Assembly: GCA_037447605.1 (NCBI GenBank)
Contig: CM074804.1
Coordinates: forward strand, 3,449,909-3,513,908
Source: Zygnema circumcarinatum SAG 698-1b
Taxonomy: Eukaryota > Plantae > Zygnematophyceae
Direction of reading: 5' to 3'
Length of the DNA stretch: 64,000 nucleotides
Shown: piece after piece, positions 25,909 through 38,655 of the stretch
Numbering within the stretch: the stretch's first letter is position 1
Layout: every line of letters begins with the position of its first letter
Notes under the pieces: generated by a model
The model's input: the letters and a program-made list of their open reading frames with translations, nothing else
Told to the model about the DNA's origin: nothing
The model's database searches: none
Position numbers and translations under genes: made by a program

Positions 25909-27093
25909 TTAATAACTATCATCATCATCATCATCATCCAACACTTCTCCTACAACATAACCTCCAACAGCCCCTATTACAGCAGCTTCCACGAGCCCAC
26001 CTGCCACGTCTCCAGCTCCACCAAATCCTTCCCCTCGGTTCCTTTCGATCCCCTGCTGGTTCTGGTATGGTCCACCTGGGGGATAACCTGCATAGCCGCG
26101 CTGAGGAGGAGCAACACCAGGGGATGGGTATGGGGGATAAACTGGCATACCATAAGGCGGGGGCCCATACCCACGTGGGGCATAACCGGGAGACTGAGCC
26201 GGTAAATAGGGTGGTGGTGGCCCTTGAGTTGGATAAGGTCCTGGCTGGATGGGCTGAGCAGAGAGCATGGGTTGGCCAGCTTGGACTGGTGCTGGCTGCC
26301 GAACCCTGAATTCAGGACCGCTGGTTGGACCTGGCTGGGACGACGGGCCAGGGTGAGGCCCCGGAGAATAGACTGGGCGGGATGGGGGCCCACTCGGAGA
26401 ATAATACGATCCATTGGCAGGTCCAGCAATATGATTTGGAACAGGGTTAGCCTGGTTCACGTATGGGCCAGGTATCGGGCTGTGGCTTTGTGGGCGGAAA
26501 GGCATTGAACCTGGCGATGCCACAGTTGCAGGCACAGGCCCAAGTCCCGGCCGTGGTTCCATGAACCTGCCAGAGCCTCCCCTTACAGGTGTCTGCATTG
26601 GCCCTGAAGCCTGCTTCTGAAGAGGCACAGGCTCACCCGGTAGTGGGGGTCCATAGAGTGGTCCAGGCAAAGCAGATGATGGGGAAGGAAGAGTCACTGG
26701 AGCACGAGAGCGGGGAGCAACGCTGACAGCTATTGTTACAATTCCGCAAGGCTTTCCCTCAGCAAAGAGAGCGTAGCTGTGAGCTTTATTGTAGTGGTCC
26801 ATGGCCGTTTCTAAGGAAATTACAGCTGTTCCCAGGAGGCCATCCAGTGCTGGAGAATCGAATATGTCAACCCTAATGTTTGTTGCCTCGTCACCTGAAA
26901 TCAGCTCCTCGTCCACATAAAAGACATGCCGTGCTTTCCATACGGGGTCCTCGCCTACACCTGGATTGGTCACAAACCGTTCGTTGCTGCCCTCAATGCT
27001 GACCACTGCTACCGGGGGTGCAGTGACGAGCCGAAGCTTTCTCAGGTTCTTTGCAGCGAGAACGGTCACATCCACTGGACGCTTCGATGCCAT
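25909..27093 (-). CDS. Single-exon C2-domain protein with Pro/Gly/Tyr/Gln-rich tail (SRC2/BAP-like)
   Basis: 394-codon intronless ORF. N-terminal VDVTVLAAKNL..PVAVVSI..GEDPVWK..IRVDIFD..GLLGTAVISL is a C2 fold; it is followed by a PYP-rich low-complexity region and a GAVGGYVVGEVLDDDD end typical of SRC2-like proteins. Confidence 0.85.
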   Translation of the reverse strand: MASKRPVDVTVLAAKNLRKLRLVTAPPVAVVSIEGSNERFVTNPGVGEDPVWKARHVFYVDEELISGDEATNIRVDIFDSPALDGLLGTAVISLETAMDHYNKAHSYALFAEGKPCGIVTIAVSVAPRSRAPVTLPSPSSALPGPLYGPPLPGEPVPLQKQASGPMQTPVRGGSGRFMEPRPGLGPVPATVASPGSMPFRPQSHSPIPGPYVNQANPVPNHIAGPANGSYYSPSGPPSRPVYSPGPHPGPSSQPGPTSGPEFRVRQPAPVQAGQPMLSAQPIQPGPYPTQGPPPPYLPAQSPGYAPRGYGPPPYGMPVYPPYPSPGVAPPQRGYAGYPPGGPYQNQQGIERNRGEGFGGAGDVAGGLVEAAVIGAVGGYVVGEVLDDDDDDDSY

Positions 27094-27280
27094 TTCGCCC
27101 AAACTTCAATCTATTTATTCTACCTGGCACAAAGCACGATCCAAAACAAGCACAAACAGAATGAAGCATCCGCTAAACAACACCAACGCAGGAGACGAAT
27201 ACCCTTACGCTAAGCCTGCGACATGTAAGTGCCTTAGGGCATCTGACCGGACCTGTTTATGCGAAGGTAGAGATTACAGG

Positions 27281-27711
27281 TCAAAATTGACCAGTAATCT
27301 TCTTAACTTCTTTAACCAGATACTGCCGATTTCATAAGGTACATCTCAATCAAAGAAATAGACGTTTGCAACATTCTGATGCCTTGAAAGATTCTACTTG
27401 TCGGGTATATTGCAATCCCTCCAAGCAGACAGCAGCAAAGGTGACAAGTCTCTTGGACGAGCTAACGATCGTTCCAGCCTTGCACCCTGACCCGAGATCA
27501 TCATAGCCTGTATTTGGACAAAAAAACTGATAGTGATCAGCAGTCCATAGTGAGAACATAACAATAAGAAAGAGATAGGGCTAACTCACACAAAATGGAA
27601 AGAAGAATAAGCTCGCGACTCCGCCCTATCACTTTGCGCATTCCTCCTTCACGATCGTCTACAAAGACCTGCATTCAAATCTCTCAGCAAAGTTGCAGTA
27701 TATGTAACCAT
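27281..27711 (-). CDS. Small 3-exon ORF, 64 aa, unknown function; possibly a uORF or first cistron of the C2 transcript
   Basis: gcagccATGG context, as at the GALM, UBC and APRT starts. Exons 27711-27669, 27507-27398 and 27322-27281 join in phase via GT-AG introns to give MVTYTATLLRDLNAGYDDLGSGCKAGTIVSSSKRLVTFAAVCLEGLQYTRQYLVKEVKKITGQF*. Confidence 0.4.
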
Positions 27712-27964
27712 GGCTGCTTTTGAGCTGCTCCAAGGGAAATGCGCTGCCGACAGCTCGCACTAAAAGCGCCTGCAAGACTCTGATATTTCAAGGCTTGAAA
27801 GGGCCTTGACAGAATGGACCCTCATGAGGGCGGGCAGAGCTCCGTGAGAAGAGCGGCCTCTGTCGCTGCCGAGACGCTCTTCAGGGCGCAGCGTCTCTTC
27901 GGTTTTCGAAGCGAGCGAAAGGAGCCGAGGCGGCAGCTGGACCCGCCCTGCAAGAGGTACTGCC

Positions 27965-30900
27965 ATGGCGGCTTCCCTGGCTGCAGGTGGAGGATGTGAC
28001 CATGCTGCATTCCACTGTGTTCGACCGCACTGTGATTCTGGGATTTTAGGGTTCACCTACAACTTTTCTCTGTTCTTCAACATGCTCTATGCTGAGCAAC
28101 TCAAGTATACGCATGTTTTGTAGGGGCCTGTCCTTGCAGTGCGCATGCCAGCCATGGCTCGCCTCATCTGCGTTGGGGGAGGTTCTCCTTGCACGACGCG
28201 TCTTGGCATGAGTCTCTGCAACACCATGAGAAGCAAAGCATTGCCGTTCTCTTCTCAGGTAATTCTGCCCTGGCCATACCTTTCTGTTTTGTAAGTTAGC
28301 CCGCAGCTCGCTTGCATTAGTGGCCGAGTGGTTCAAAGCGACAGACTGTTATTCGAGTGCAACAGTAGGGAATGTAGCACTTTCAAGTTGCTTTGGAGTT
28401 GTCTTTGCTACTATAAATTCAGCGTTGTAGCCAGCAGTTACTAAACTGCCAATATTTTGACTGATTAGGGAATTGATCATCTGCGTCTAAAAATGCCAAG
28501 GATTCTGGTAACCTTTTCGAGTAAGCAAGCTAACATTCCTACGGAATGTTCACTTGCAAATCTAAGATCGCAAGTTGCAATCACTTATTTCAAAACTCCT
28601 ACTTTTCTGCACAGTTTTCAATGTTGATGGCTGCCAATTCTTTGCTGTGTGGTTGAGCTGCGGTTTGAATGTATCCCCATCTGCATTGCAATGACGACCG
28701 TCTACATTTAACTCGCAGTTCTTTTTTGCAGCCTCAGCAGAGAAGGAACCTTCATATCGCACCCCTCAGGGTCCGTTTGGATACCGACTTTGTGCGTTCT
28801 CCAAGTTTGGGAAAGTCTACGCTTTTCAACCCACTGGTATGGCTAATTTCCTAGTCCGTGCCCCACCGACCCTACTTCGTTTCCCCACGCCTATCTGCCG
28901 TCTTTGAAAAATGTTGCAATTGCAACAAAAGACTTTTCTTTAACTCTAGAGTTAGAATGCATACTTCACGCCGGTATTGAACTGGCCTTCAACTATTCCT
29001 TCTTCCTTACATTGGTATCCTTTTGAGGTACAGAGAGCTTGGAAATGCACCCACCTTGAGTCAGCTGTTGAAGCTGGTCTATTGTGTTCTAGGGTTTAAG
29101 CTAATGCGACTTATGTTCAAGCCTGATAGTCAATTTGTCACGGAACCAGAGGCTTTCAAGTTTGTCTCCATCATCAACTGACAACTGTTTGACATATAGT
29201 TACAGTGAAATGCTGGTGCTTGTTGCTTTCTATCACGTTTTCCATTTTTGTTCTAAGTGCAGTTTGTTTGTGCAGCCTCAAAAGAGATGCTTCCACGCAG
29301 CACGTATCAGCATGAGTTTGTGCACAGGCATTGTTGGACTTCCTAACGTGGGCAAGTCGACATTGTTCAATGCATTGGTACCATCGCACCACTTACACCT
29401 CCGCCTACCTTAGTATGCAACCTTAACGTTTCAAGGAGGGAACCCTCAAATTTTAAATAGGCTCAATAGTGTTCTCAGATGCTTGAGAGTAAAAGTATAA
29501 GTTGCTTCAAGGAGGCTACTAAAGTAAGACCACCAGATGGTTTACAAGGGGCTAATGGTGTGTTAAATTAAAGAACGCAAGTGATGTGCATTGAGTATGC
29601 CTTGTCAATTGTCGATGTTTGACAACCTGAAGGTTTTGCTCTTTCAATGTGTAAACGAGTTCAGATGTCACATGTAGAGGTGTCCCATGCTATGCATGTC
29701 TCTACGTCTTAGGCAGAAATGCCTCGCTGACAAATGGGCTGGAGATGGGCATGTAGGTGGAAAATGGCAAAGCCCAGGCAGCCAATTTCCCATTCTGCAC
29801 TATTGAACCCAATGTAGGGGTAGTGGCAGTGCCGGATCCACGCCTGCAACTGCTGAACGAACTGGGTCGATCCCAACGCATGGTGCCCGCGGTGGTAGAA
29901 TTTGTGGACATTGCTGGTCTGGTCAAGGGAGCTAGCCAGGGAGAGGTGAAGCTCCATCTGAGCCTGCACCTTTCAATCACTTCTTTCCTCCTTCAATACT
30001 CATGTTCTCATCCTTTACATGTGCCTTCTCGCCTCTGTTTGTGCTTGCGACTTCATCTATTCTCTTTAACTATTTTTTCATACTTATAGAAGTGTCATCT
30101 CCAATCTTCGCTCTGTTTATTAGTATGTTGGATTGCCTTGACTCAGCCAAGTATCTCATCTCACTACATGCCTGACATCAGTTCTTTATGACAGTATGTT
30201 TTTCATTTTTCATGGGGAATTTGCATCATATTTTCCTCCAGTCAGCTTGTACCTCTGCACATCTGTGCTCAGCATGCCTGATCTCTTGCTGTTTTTTTGT
30301 AACGTACCTAAAGTCTGTGCGCACCACTCCTTGGCGATATGCAGGGTCTTGGAAACAAGTTCCTCTCACACATCCGGGAAGTGGACTGCATAGTGCAGGT
30401 GAGGTTCCTTGTCTAGTTTTCCTCTGTAGTCTTCTATCAGTGGAGGCACAAGCTGCAGGATACTGAACTGTTTCACTAAAACATGGAAATGTTTAATTTA
30501 AAACCTGAAAGTTCAGTTTCGGAATTCGAACTCTTATCCAGAATGAGAATCCCGAGATAAAAATCGAAATCTAGTGGTCGAACTATTCGAAACATTTCAA
30601 ACATGGGGGCACCATAGTTAAGTAATCCAGACAAGCTCTATTCTTGTAGTTTTCGCTACCTCACCCCTCCAAACGCTTGGAAAGTCTTTAATGAAAACAC
30701 TCTGAGCACAGTGATTTACTTAACATTTGTGCATTACCTTAAGACTCCATCCCGGAAAATCTATAACTGCATCACCTCTTCCTGGCCATTCGGCAGAAAC
30801 GTCTCATTCACAGTCTATTTTTGGCTTTCAGCAAATTTATTGGTTTCTTGTCCGGTCGGGTAGTTCCACTTGCCCTTCACCTGAAAGGACGACATGCATT

Positions 30901-33900
30901 CCCGCAATCGCAATCGCAATCGATTGTGCTGTTCACAATTGTCAAGTTCCTGCAGTGTAGTGAAGATCTGCGGCCTCTTCCCTTTTCCCAGTTTCCTTGG
31001 GTCACAGTCGTAGCATACAAACGGCACCCCATGTTAGAACCTCCATTTTTCCTCCTTAGTCACTATTTTTTCTAATCCTCGAAGGCCCACACTTGACTGG
31101 AGTAATGTCTGTTGTTGCGCAGGTTGTGCGATGTTTCGAGGACAACGACATCGTGCATGTACAGGGGAAGGTGGACCCTGCAGCGGACATTGACATCATC
31201 AATTTAGAGCTGGCACTTGCTGACCTCAGTCAGGTTAGTTCTGTTGGAAGTACACAACAAAATCGCCGGTGTTAAGAGGTAGAGACAGCTACAACTAGTG
31301 GTATCATAGTGAGTGCTCAATGTTCTCCATGTGCTGGTTGATAAGCAGATTGAAAAGCGAATGGAGCGGTTAAAAAAGGGGCGAAGCAAGGACCCGAAAT
31401 TGAAAGCCAAGGTATGTGCAATTCTTGTTTTGAGCAACAGCAGTCGACTACTTTTTTTCTCGGCAGGTTTACAGGCAGAGCTATCCATAATCTGACACTG
31501 GTTCTTTCTGCATACGACTGCGTGAGTCAGTTAATATAGCCCGTTCATACTGGTCACCTAAACCTATAGCAACTGGAGCTCAAACTGAGGAACCTTTGTT
31601 GTTACTGTTCTGCATATGGGTCTACTGAGCCCATTCGATTTGAAATGCATTCAATATTTACGCTAAGCGTCGAAGCCTATGCTGCAGTCAACGAGGGATG
31701 GAGAGAGGGAGATGCGCAGCTTCAGGGTGCAGTAAAAAGGCACATGCTTGTCTGTCAAAAGCCAAAGTCATTTGCTTGCAAATTAAGGCAGGGAACTTTG
31801 GCTTTCTGGATCACTTGGCCGTGTGCTATTTAAGCAGTGACATTCAGCAAACGATGCAGAACAGTCACACTTTCCTTGAGGCATTATGGAATTGTAGGAG
31901 GACACAGAAGCTGCTGCATTGGAGAGAATTTCTGAAGGCTTGCTAGCCGGCAAAACAGCACGTACAATACCCCTGAACGATGAGGAGTTGCCGGTGGTTC
32001 GCCAGCTGTGCCTGCTTACCATGAAGCCCATCATTTATGCTGCCAACGTCTCAGAAGGCGATTTGGCGGATCCTTTCTCCAACAAGCATGTGCAAAAAGT
32101 TTCGGAGATCGCAAAGACGGAGGGCGCGGAGTGTGTTGTGGTCTCTGCTCAGGTGGGTTCCATGCCCCACGTGGACGAGTTAAGTGTGTTCATTGATGTG
32201 TCTAATTACTACACTTACGACATTTGTCTTGCTTGTCCTTAGAAGGAGAGGTGGAGAAGATAGACTCATGACGTTTGTTTGCCTATGCAGGTAGAGGCTG
32301 AACTAGCAGAGTTGGATCCACAAGAACGGAAAGAGTACCTTAATTCTATGGGTGTTGAAGAAGGTGGCCTGGGCTCGTTGGTCCGGGCCACTTATGCAAT
32401 GCTGGGTCTGCGCACATTTTTTACGTGTGGCGAGAAGGTTAGAAGACCTTCCTTTGGTTAGCTTGTCGGTAACTTCTTGGATCGGGGTGCATTATATCCT
32501 ATTATAAAGTCGTGTGAATCCCATTTCAGTGTTTCAAATGCCAGACACAATAGTTCGTATCCTCGTGCCACTGTACCACACGGTCAATAATTGCATTGCA
32601 TACCTCTTGCAAGAAACAAAGTCAAAGTAAAAGTGCTTTGCAGTACACATGACGTTTATCTCCTTCAAATGAGAAGGCGAGTCCCGCTTGATCCGTTGCA
32701 TAGAGCATTCGCTTCGACTCCATCAAAATTAGATCTTGAAAGGGATGGATCTGACGTTAGTTGAACGAAGGAGACCTTGTATCCGGTGGACTTAGGTCAG
32801 TTTTTTTTTTCAGCAAATCTTTTTGAGAACGTTCTTATTGAAATACTTCACCTGGCCTCATGCCCCTTTATGAATTATGTTGCGATTTTGTTGGAGCAGG
32901 AGTCAAGGGCCTGGACCATACGTGCAGGCATGACGGCTCCACAGGCTGCAGGGGTCATCCACTCTGACTTTGAGAGGGGCTTCATTCGTGCTGAGACGGT
33001 TCGAGTCTGAACCTTTCGTCACAGTTATGGATGATCTGCTTCTGATAGGGTTAATCTTGTTTGCGTCGTCCTCTGCCCTCTAGACTCCAGCCAAATGTGT
33101 TTCAATCTTCTGTTTCTCATTTTTTTCGGCTACTATCCGTGGCAATCAGTAAAGGCCCACAGTGTGAGATCTCTGAGTGCTCCTCTGCACCCGACCCACT
33201 TTCATTCAAGCAGAGACGACTGAAAGTGTCGTTTCCTCCCTTTGCCATCTGTTGGCCCTTCCTAAAGTCCTTTCATGCTGACTTTTCAAAACATCCAATT
33301 GCTATTTAATCTTGACTTACATCTTGGTTATTGAATAAGAAGAGTGGATGAGAATAACTTGAGATTTTCCTTCGTGTGCAGATTGCATATAATGATTTTG
33401 TTGAATCAGGCTCACACAGTGCGGCACGGGAGAAAGGTCTGGTAAGGAATCTGCGCTCTCAATGCCCACTCAAGAAAGCAGATGGTTTGGAAAGTGCATG
33501 TGGGATATCATTTGAACACGATGGTAATTGTGAATAGAGGCTTGATGGAATACACTCATAAATTGTGCTGCTCAAGGATTGGTTTATTGTTGACTCTTAA
33601 CATGTGGAATCATATATGTCGCATGCATCCTTATAACTCTGAAGAACCTATGGATAAGTTTGAATCAGCCGGGTTATAGCAGCTGGATGCCGCATGTTGC
33701 AAGTTAACAGCTATGGGAACGAACTCAATGAAGCAAAACTTTCTGCCTGCCATCTGATGGTGGAATGAGGAAACACTGGACTGTAACACAGTGGATGGGA
33801 AGCCATGCGTTGTTGTGCACATGGTGCGGCAGGCCAAGGCTACGTGAGCATGTGACACTCGCAAGCAACTGACTGGTTGTGCGTGTGTCGGCTTGACAGC

Positions 33901-33968
33901 TGCGCTCTGAAGGCAAGGAGTACATCGTGCAAGAAGGAGATGTGCTCCTCTTCAGATTCAATGTATGA
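27965..33968 (+). CDS. ychF: Organelle-targeted ribosome-binding ATPase YchF (Obg family)
   Basis: Exons 27965-27986 and 28140-28258 give a transit-peptide-like [16 protein letters not shown]... Then [17 protein letters not shown] / [39 protein letters not shown] / [14 protein letters not shown] / [11 protein letters not shown] / [44 protein letters not shown] / [22 protein letters not shown] (TGS domain end). Confidence 0.95.
28732..28836 (+). CDS. Duplicated, diverged copy of the YchF P-loop exon (candidate mutually exclusive exon)
   Basis: ttttttgcag|[35 protein letters not shown]|gtatgg; 105 nt, phase 0-0, open frame. 17/34 aa identical to exon 29276-29377. Confidence 0.7.
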
Positions 33969-34821
33969 TTAAGGCCATGGCCATATTCCTTCATTCGCTT
34001 TTCTGGAAGGCTATTCTTTGTGACGGTGTTGACTTTTTCATCACTTATCAAGCAATTTTGCAGCTTTTCTGTACATGCTGTACAAGGAGCGTAGTCTCTC
34101 GGCTCTCCTTTCTGAGGGTCTTTTAATGTCGAGAAATAAATCTAGGTGTCGCCTACGTTGAAGACCTTATAAAGTTCATTCATCAGCCATCCTCGTCTTG
34201 ACGACTCCTTTTTCAGTAGGACCGGCTGTTTTCACTAAGCACTTTATACAGTATGGAGTGCTGATTCCCACGTTCATTGACATGGTTATACTGGTACTAC
34301 ATGCACAAACAAATGTGAGGTGGAAAAAACCGATGATTGACAAGAAGGTTTACAAAGTTGAAAACAGAGAATTGAACTGAACTGCGATGGACATGGACAT
34401 GGACCACAGCAACTGCAATCCTAATAAGAGCACGATAATCGTCAGCGATCACACACTTGCTTGGGACCAACTTCACTGTGCAAAACAACTGGACTGAAAA
34501 CTGGCTGGCTATGAACATCAAGGAAACCCTACGGCGCATATGACAGACGAGCCCTCACTACCTCTACCAACTTGAAACCAGAGGCAGGGAATCCTCACAG
34601 TACTGATAACATAGCTGACACCCCTTGCAGCCCCCTCCAGCTCAGCCCTACACACAACATGAGGTTTCCTGCTTTGGACGGAACAAACATTTATCTGCAA
34701 GTTGCCGCCCTGTGAACCTTATCACAGCAAGCGAGGGGTAAAGAATCCCGCCAGAAACCTGCTGCCCACCAGATCAGGCTACGATGTTTACAATGAAGCG
34801 AACATAGCAGCAACGCCTCCT

Positions 34822-37800
34822 TCAAGGTGGGGCTGATACCAGCATAGGGTCTTTCCAAGAGAGGCCATAGCGCCCATTAGACGTTGGCTTGCTCTCTGGT
34901 GCCGCTCCATTTGCAAGAGGTTGAGAAGCCGCATCAGTAGGAGGAGTTTCCGTAGTCTCCATCACCGTGGCCAGAGAGAAAATGCCTGGAAAATTCAATG
35001 AGGACATTCTGACATTAGCATTCTGAAAAGTGCCTGCGTTTGACCCATGCAGGACGTGATGGCGACATGTAATGGAATAGAGGGAAGAGGCCTGACGTAA
35101 CGCTTACCAGAACGAGCCTCATCTACAGAAGACCCACCAGATTTTGGAGCCTCGACCCGCCTCGATATGTCGTCTGCATACTTTGCCTGCCTGCAGAAGG
35201 CAGCCATAGGTGTCAGACAATTATGAAAAACACAAGCAATTATATTCGAGTTGAACCGCTACTACTCTAAACAACATAAAAACCTCCTCTTCCAGCTCAA
35301 ACATACAGTCTTGTACATCCCTGACTAGAATATCACAAGAATATCAGCCACTCACTTCTTCTCCGTCAATTTTGGGCTCGGCCGATAATACTTGAGGTAA
35401 CCATCCCATGGTACTTTCTTTATGCCAGCACGGGTCGCTATCATGTCACGTACCCTGCAGAAAGCTGTCTGGCCCACTTAAGAACTTGGGGCGTCCAGCT
35501 CGGAATAAAAGCAAAGATTGCAATGCGTTGCTCTCTGGGTACATTGCAAACTTGTGAGAACCAAGGAGCCACACCTTTCTGCAAACTCAATGGCTGTCTC
35601 GTCTTGGCGTCTCTTTTGGGGCTCCAAATACCAAACATCGCAAACGACAGCCCAGGAAGTCATGAGTCGCAACAGATGCATAGTAAATGACTGTCTGCGA
35701 GGAAAACCGTGTTAAAGGAGGAAATTAGGTATCTGCACACACAAGGACCGCTGCGTGTGGAAGGAAGGCCAGTGAACGAGAATGATGACTTACTTGCGAC
35801 TGTTCCAAAAGGCATCGACAAAAATTTTGTTGTATTTGATAGCGATGGGACAAACCGTACAGTCCATCTCGAAGGCCCCCTATTGACAGCCAACCGCCGA
35901 GATCAGCACTTGCATTTTCACTTGCTCCGCATTGCTGCACGCTCCATAAGATGAACTATGCAAAAGCCACAGCTTCAGGTAGGTACCTTCTTGAACATGA
36001 CAGTATATTCATTGTTCACACACGTTCCCTCAGGAAAAATAAGAAGTGGATTGCTGTCAGGATCCTGGACATGCTGCTTGATTCTGCACCAGCAGCCCCG
36101 CACAGTTTCAAAACTGTAGAAATAGTGGCCACTTTTGATCAGCAAACAATGCCAAGGCACAAACTTGAGTCCAATATGAAGCAGATAACCAAAAAGGGAG
36201 TCGCCTACTTTTGTCCCACCAATGCCCGATCTTTCGACTCAGTACGGTTGAACCAAATACAACCAAGACTTCCCAGGATTGAAGTTTGCACCAGCCCTGT
36301 CAAAAAGGCAAAAACCCTGCCAGATGATGAGTACAAATTCTTCATACAACATAGAACATAGAATAAACTGACTGCATGCGTCAGCCAAGCAGTAGAGGAG
36401 TCAGCGCGCACCAACCCAGCCCGGATGCTTCTGCATGATGACAGCAAACGCCGTCATTTGCTCCAATATTATAAAATCAATCATGGAGGTGTGATTGGCC
36501 ACCCAGACCTGACACAATGCAAATAACACAGAAAGGCTGCTTGTCTCAGCTCCAAGCACACAGCAAGAAATAATCGTTTGCATCGGCAAACAAGCTGGCG
36601 TATACAACTGGTCAGCCGAAGGCTGCAATGAAGGTTGTCTGCATGGCTGTCATAGAGATAAACTACTACCTGATAGAGTAAAATTGAAGTCATTTCACTC
36701 CTTCGTTCTGTGGAGCACTACACGAATTGTTTAATTGACCTAAAAGATCTATTGCTATGTGCATCGATGTAATGCATGCTGAAATTTTGAACTAGCGGAA
36801 AATCCGTTGAAGTCGGTAGCTAGGACCTCAAACTTTCGAGGGCCCTGTCAGCTTCGCTTGCTGCAGAAAAGGTGACCTCCTTCTTTTCCAAGAAATACAA
36901 GTCTTACACACGCAAAACAATGTAAAGGAACAACTCAGCTCTTCTTACATGGTTAGTGCGATTGCTAGGTCGAGGTCCATGGTACTTCACGACTCCAGTC
37001 CAAGAAGCCACAAACACGCTGCACATCATTTCCACCATGCTCCTCTGCAGATTTTTTCACAAAAAAAATGATTTTCCTCAGACACCTGTATAGGTCAAAT
37101 CTACATCAGCCAATTTAACACGGCATTTTTATTTTTCCAATCCTGTCAATCATTTGCATGAAAAGGATGACAGAGAAGCTGTACAAATTCTTTTGACCGT
37201 CCCTACGAAAATCTACTCTATCAAGTACCTGAAAAAGTCTTGAGACAAATGAAGAGAATGTACCTCCAAGCTTTTCCGCAACTTGTCATGTCCTTTCAAA
37301 GCAAAATGCACCGGCAGGAAAAACAGTAGGAAAATTATCCATCCTATAATGACAAGTAGAAGCCTGCATCGACAAACGCTCCCGAAAGTTTTCAAAATGC
37401 AGATGCGAGAGAAGGTAGTGAAGAGCAAAATGTTGTTGCCACCCTTTTCATACGACATCTCAGAATAAGTCACGCGGGAAAGCCTTCAATTGGCTCCCTA
37501 CATGGTTGATGAGCAGCAGGTACAAGATATTGGGCTAGGTAAGGATATGTAAACCGACCTACATGGGAACAAAATGACGTAGCGAACAAAAACTCCCATA
37601 CACCAAAGAGGGAAGAGGTAGATGTTCCAGTTCCATGGTTCTGGGGCATTGGACTTGAAGCAGCGCGTGAAAGAGTCCTGCAAGCCCCAATGCAGTTTCT
37701 ATAAGGACCTTTGCTGCGTTAGAAAATAAGGTTGAAGGAACGTTCTATCTTGACCCCCTACGGTGGCTTCGGAGGCGGAACTTACATCCACAATAGCGCT

Positions 37801-38655
37801 CGCTGCTTCATTCAGCGTTGGGGAAATATCCAGTAGTTCGTTTCTGATTAGAAAAATGGGGTCAAGGACTCATCCTGATAATATCTTCGTGTGCATCGTC
37901 ATGTTGACAATACTTAGGAAATATACGAGGAAATGCCTGCAAGTTATTGTTTTAAGTTACATGTCCTGGATACACTTTTTTTTTTTTAAAACTCACATTA
38001 AAGATGGGCACCCAGCCCGTGATAAAGCTTATTATTGCATTGTTAACACCAGCTAAATGGGCACAGGCCGCATTTCTACGTGTTACTCGATATCCGGATG
38101 ATGAAAATCCCTGATAAAAGGCCGGGTATACTTTTGCTTTCTTGCCAAAATAAAAGTGGCAGCAGGACTGATTCAAGAAATTTTCCAAAAAGGTGACGTA
38201 TGGCGTCACATCTGCATAAGCGATGAAGTTAGCGCTTCAAAGAAGACTAGAAGCGGATACAGAAGACTCTTCCCCAGTCCTGCAGTGTCCGTGGAGCTCC
38301 CCTCCACCAGCATCTCTTCCACATGCTTCTCATACAAGTCAATCTCCGATTCCGAGGGTCCAAACAACGGCGCGTCGCGACTCTCGCTGCAAACGATCCT
38401 CCCCCGTCCTTGAAATGTGAGAAACAACATCCCTCAGACATGCCTGGGTCAAATCACAACTGTCTTACGAACCGCACAGGCCTCACTGCAATGGCTGCCC
38501 TCGCATATTTAAGCTCTTCAGCACGGCGCGCCAGGGCTAGCAACAATATCTGCAAGACTAGCTACAGAAAAAAAATCTTCTAATCCAGGACGGAGTGAGA
38601 GGCCGTGCAGCGTGCAGCGTCACCTGGAGCGCGCGGCCGGGCGGTAGACTGACAT
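34822..38655 (-). CDS. GPAT9: Glycerol-3-phosphate acyltransferase 9 (ER GPAT9/LPCAT-like)
   Basis: ELLDISPTLNEAASAIVD / DSFTRCFKSNAPEPWNWNIYLFPLW / HGPRPS / VWVANHTSMIDFIILEQMTAFAVIMQKHPGWVG (HX4D motif) / NPLLIFPEGTCVNNEYTVMFKK / KKVPWDGYLKYYRPSPK. Probable ATG at 38655 (MSVYRPAARS, spliced in phase to ESRDAPLF). Confidence 0.95.

Noticed and set aside
27760-28056. Minus-strand [14 protein letters not shown]... as a separate gene
   Set aside because: Its ATG comes from the palindromic ccATGg. The plus-strand reading (27965) splices in phase into the YchF presequence, while the minus ORF has no recognisable product.
28314-28362. tRNA-like string tggccgagtggttcaaagcgacagactgtta (A-box/D-arm look) in a YchF intron
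   Set aside because: The anticodon stem does not pair (acaga vs tcgag) and there is no T-arm or proper B-box. At most a degenerate 5' half or a chance match, so no tRNA is called.
29090-29097. Telo-box (TAGGGTTT) in a YchF intron and AAACCCTAA near 4304
   Set aside because: Single 8-9-mers are expected by chance in 64 kb, and there is no telomeric array.
30482-30606. AT-rich ~125-bp segment with weak terminal inverted similarity in a YchF intron
   Set aside because: The IR is short, gapped and AT-rich, so chance cannot be excluded.
35709-36361. Plus-strand ORFs within GPAT9
   Set aside because: Antisense shadows of GPAT9 exons.
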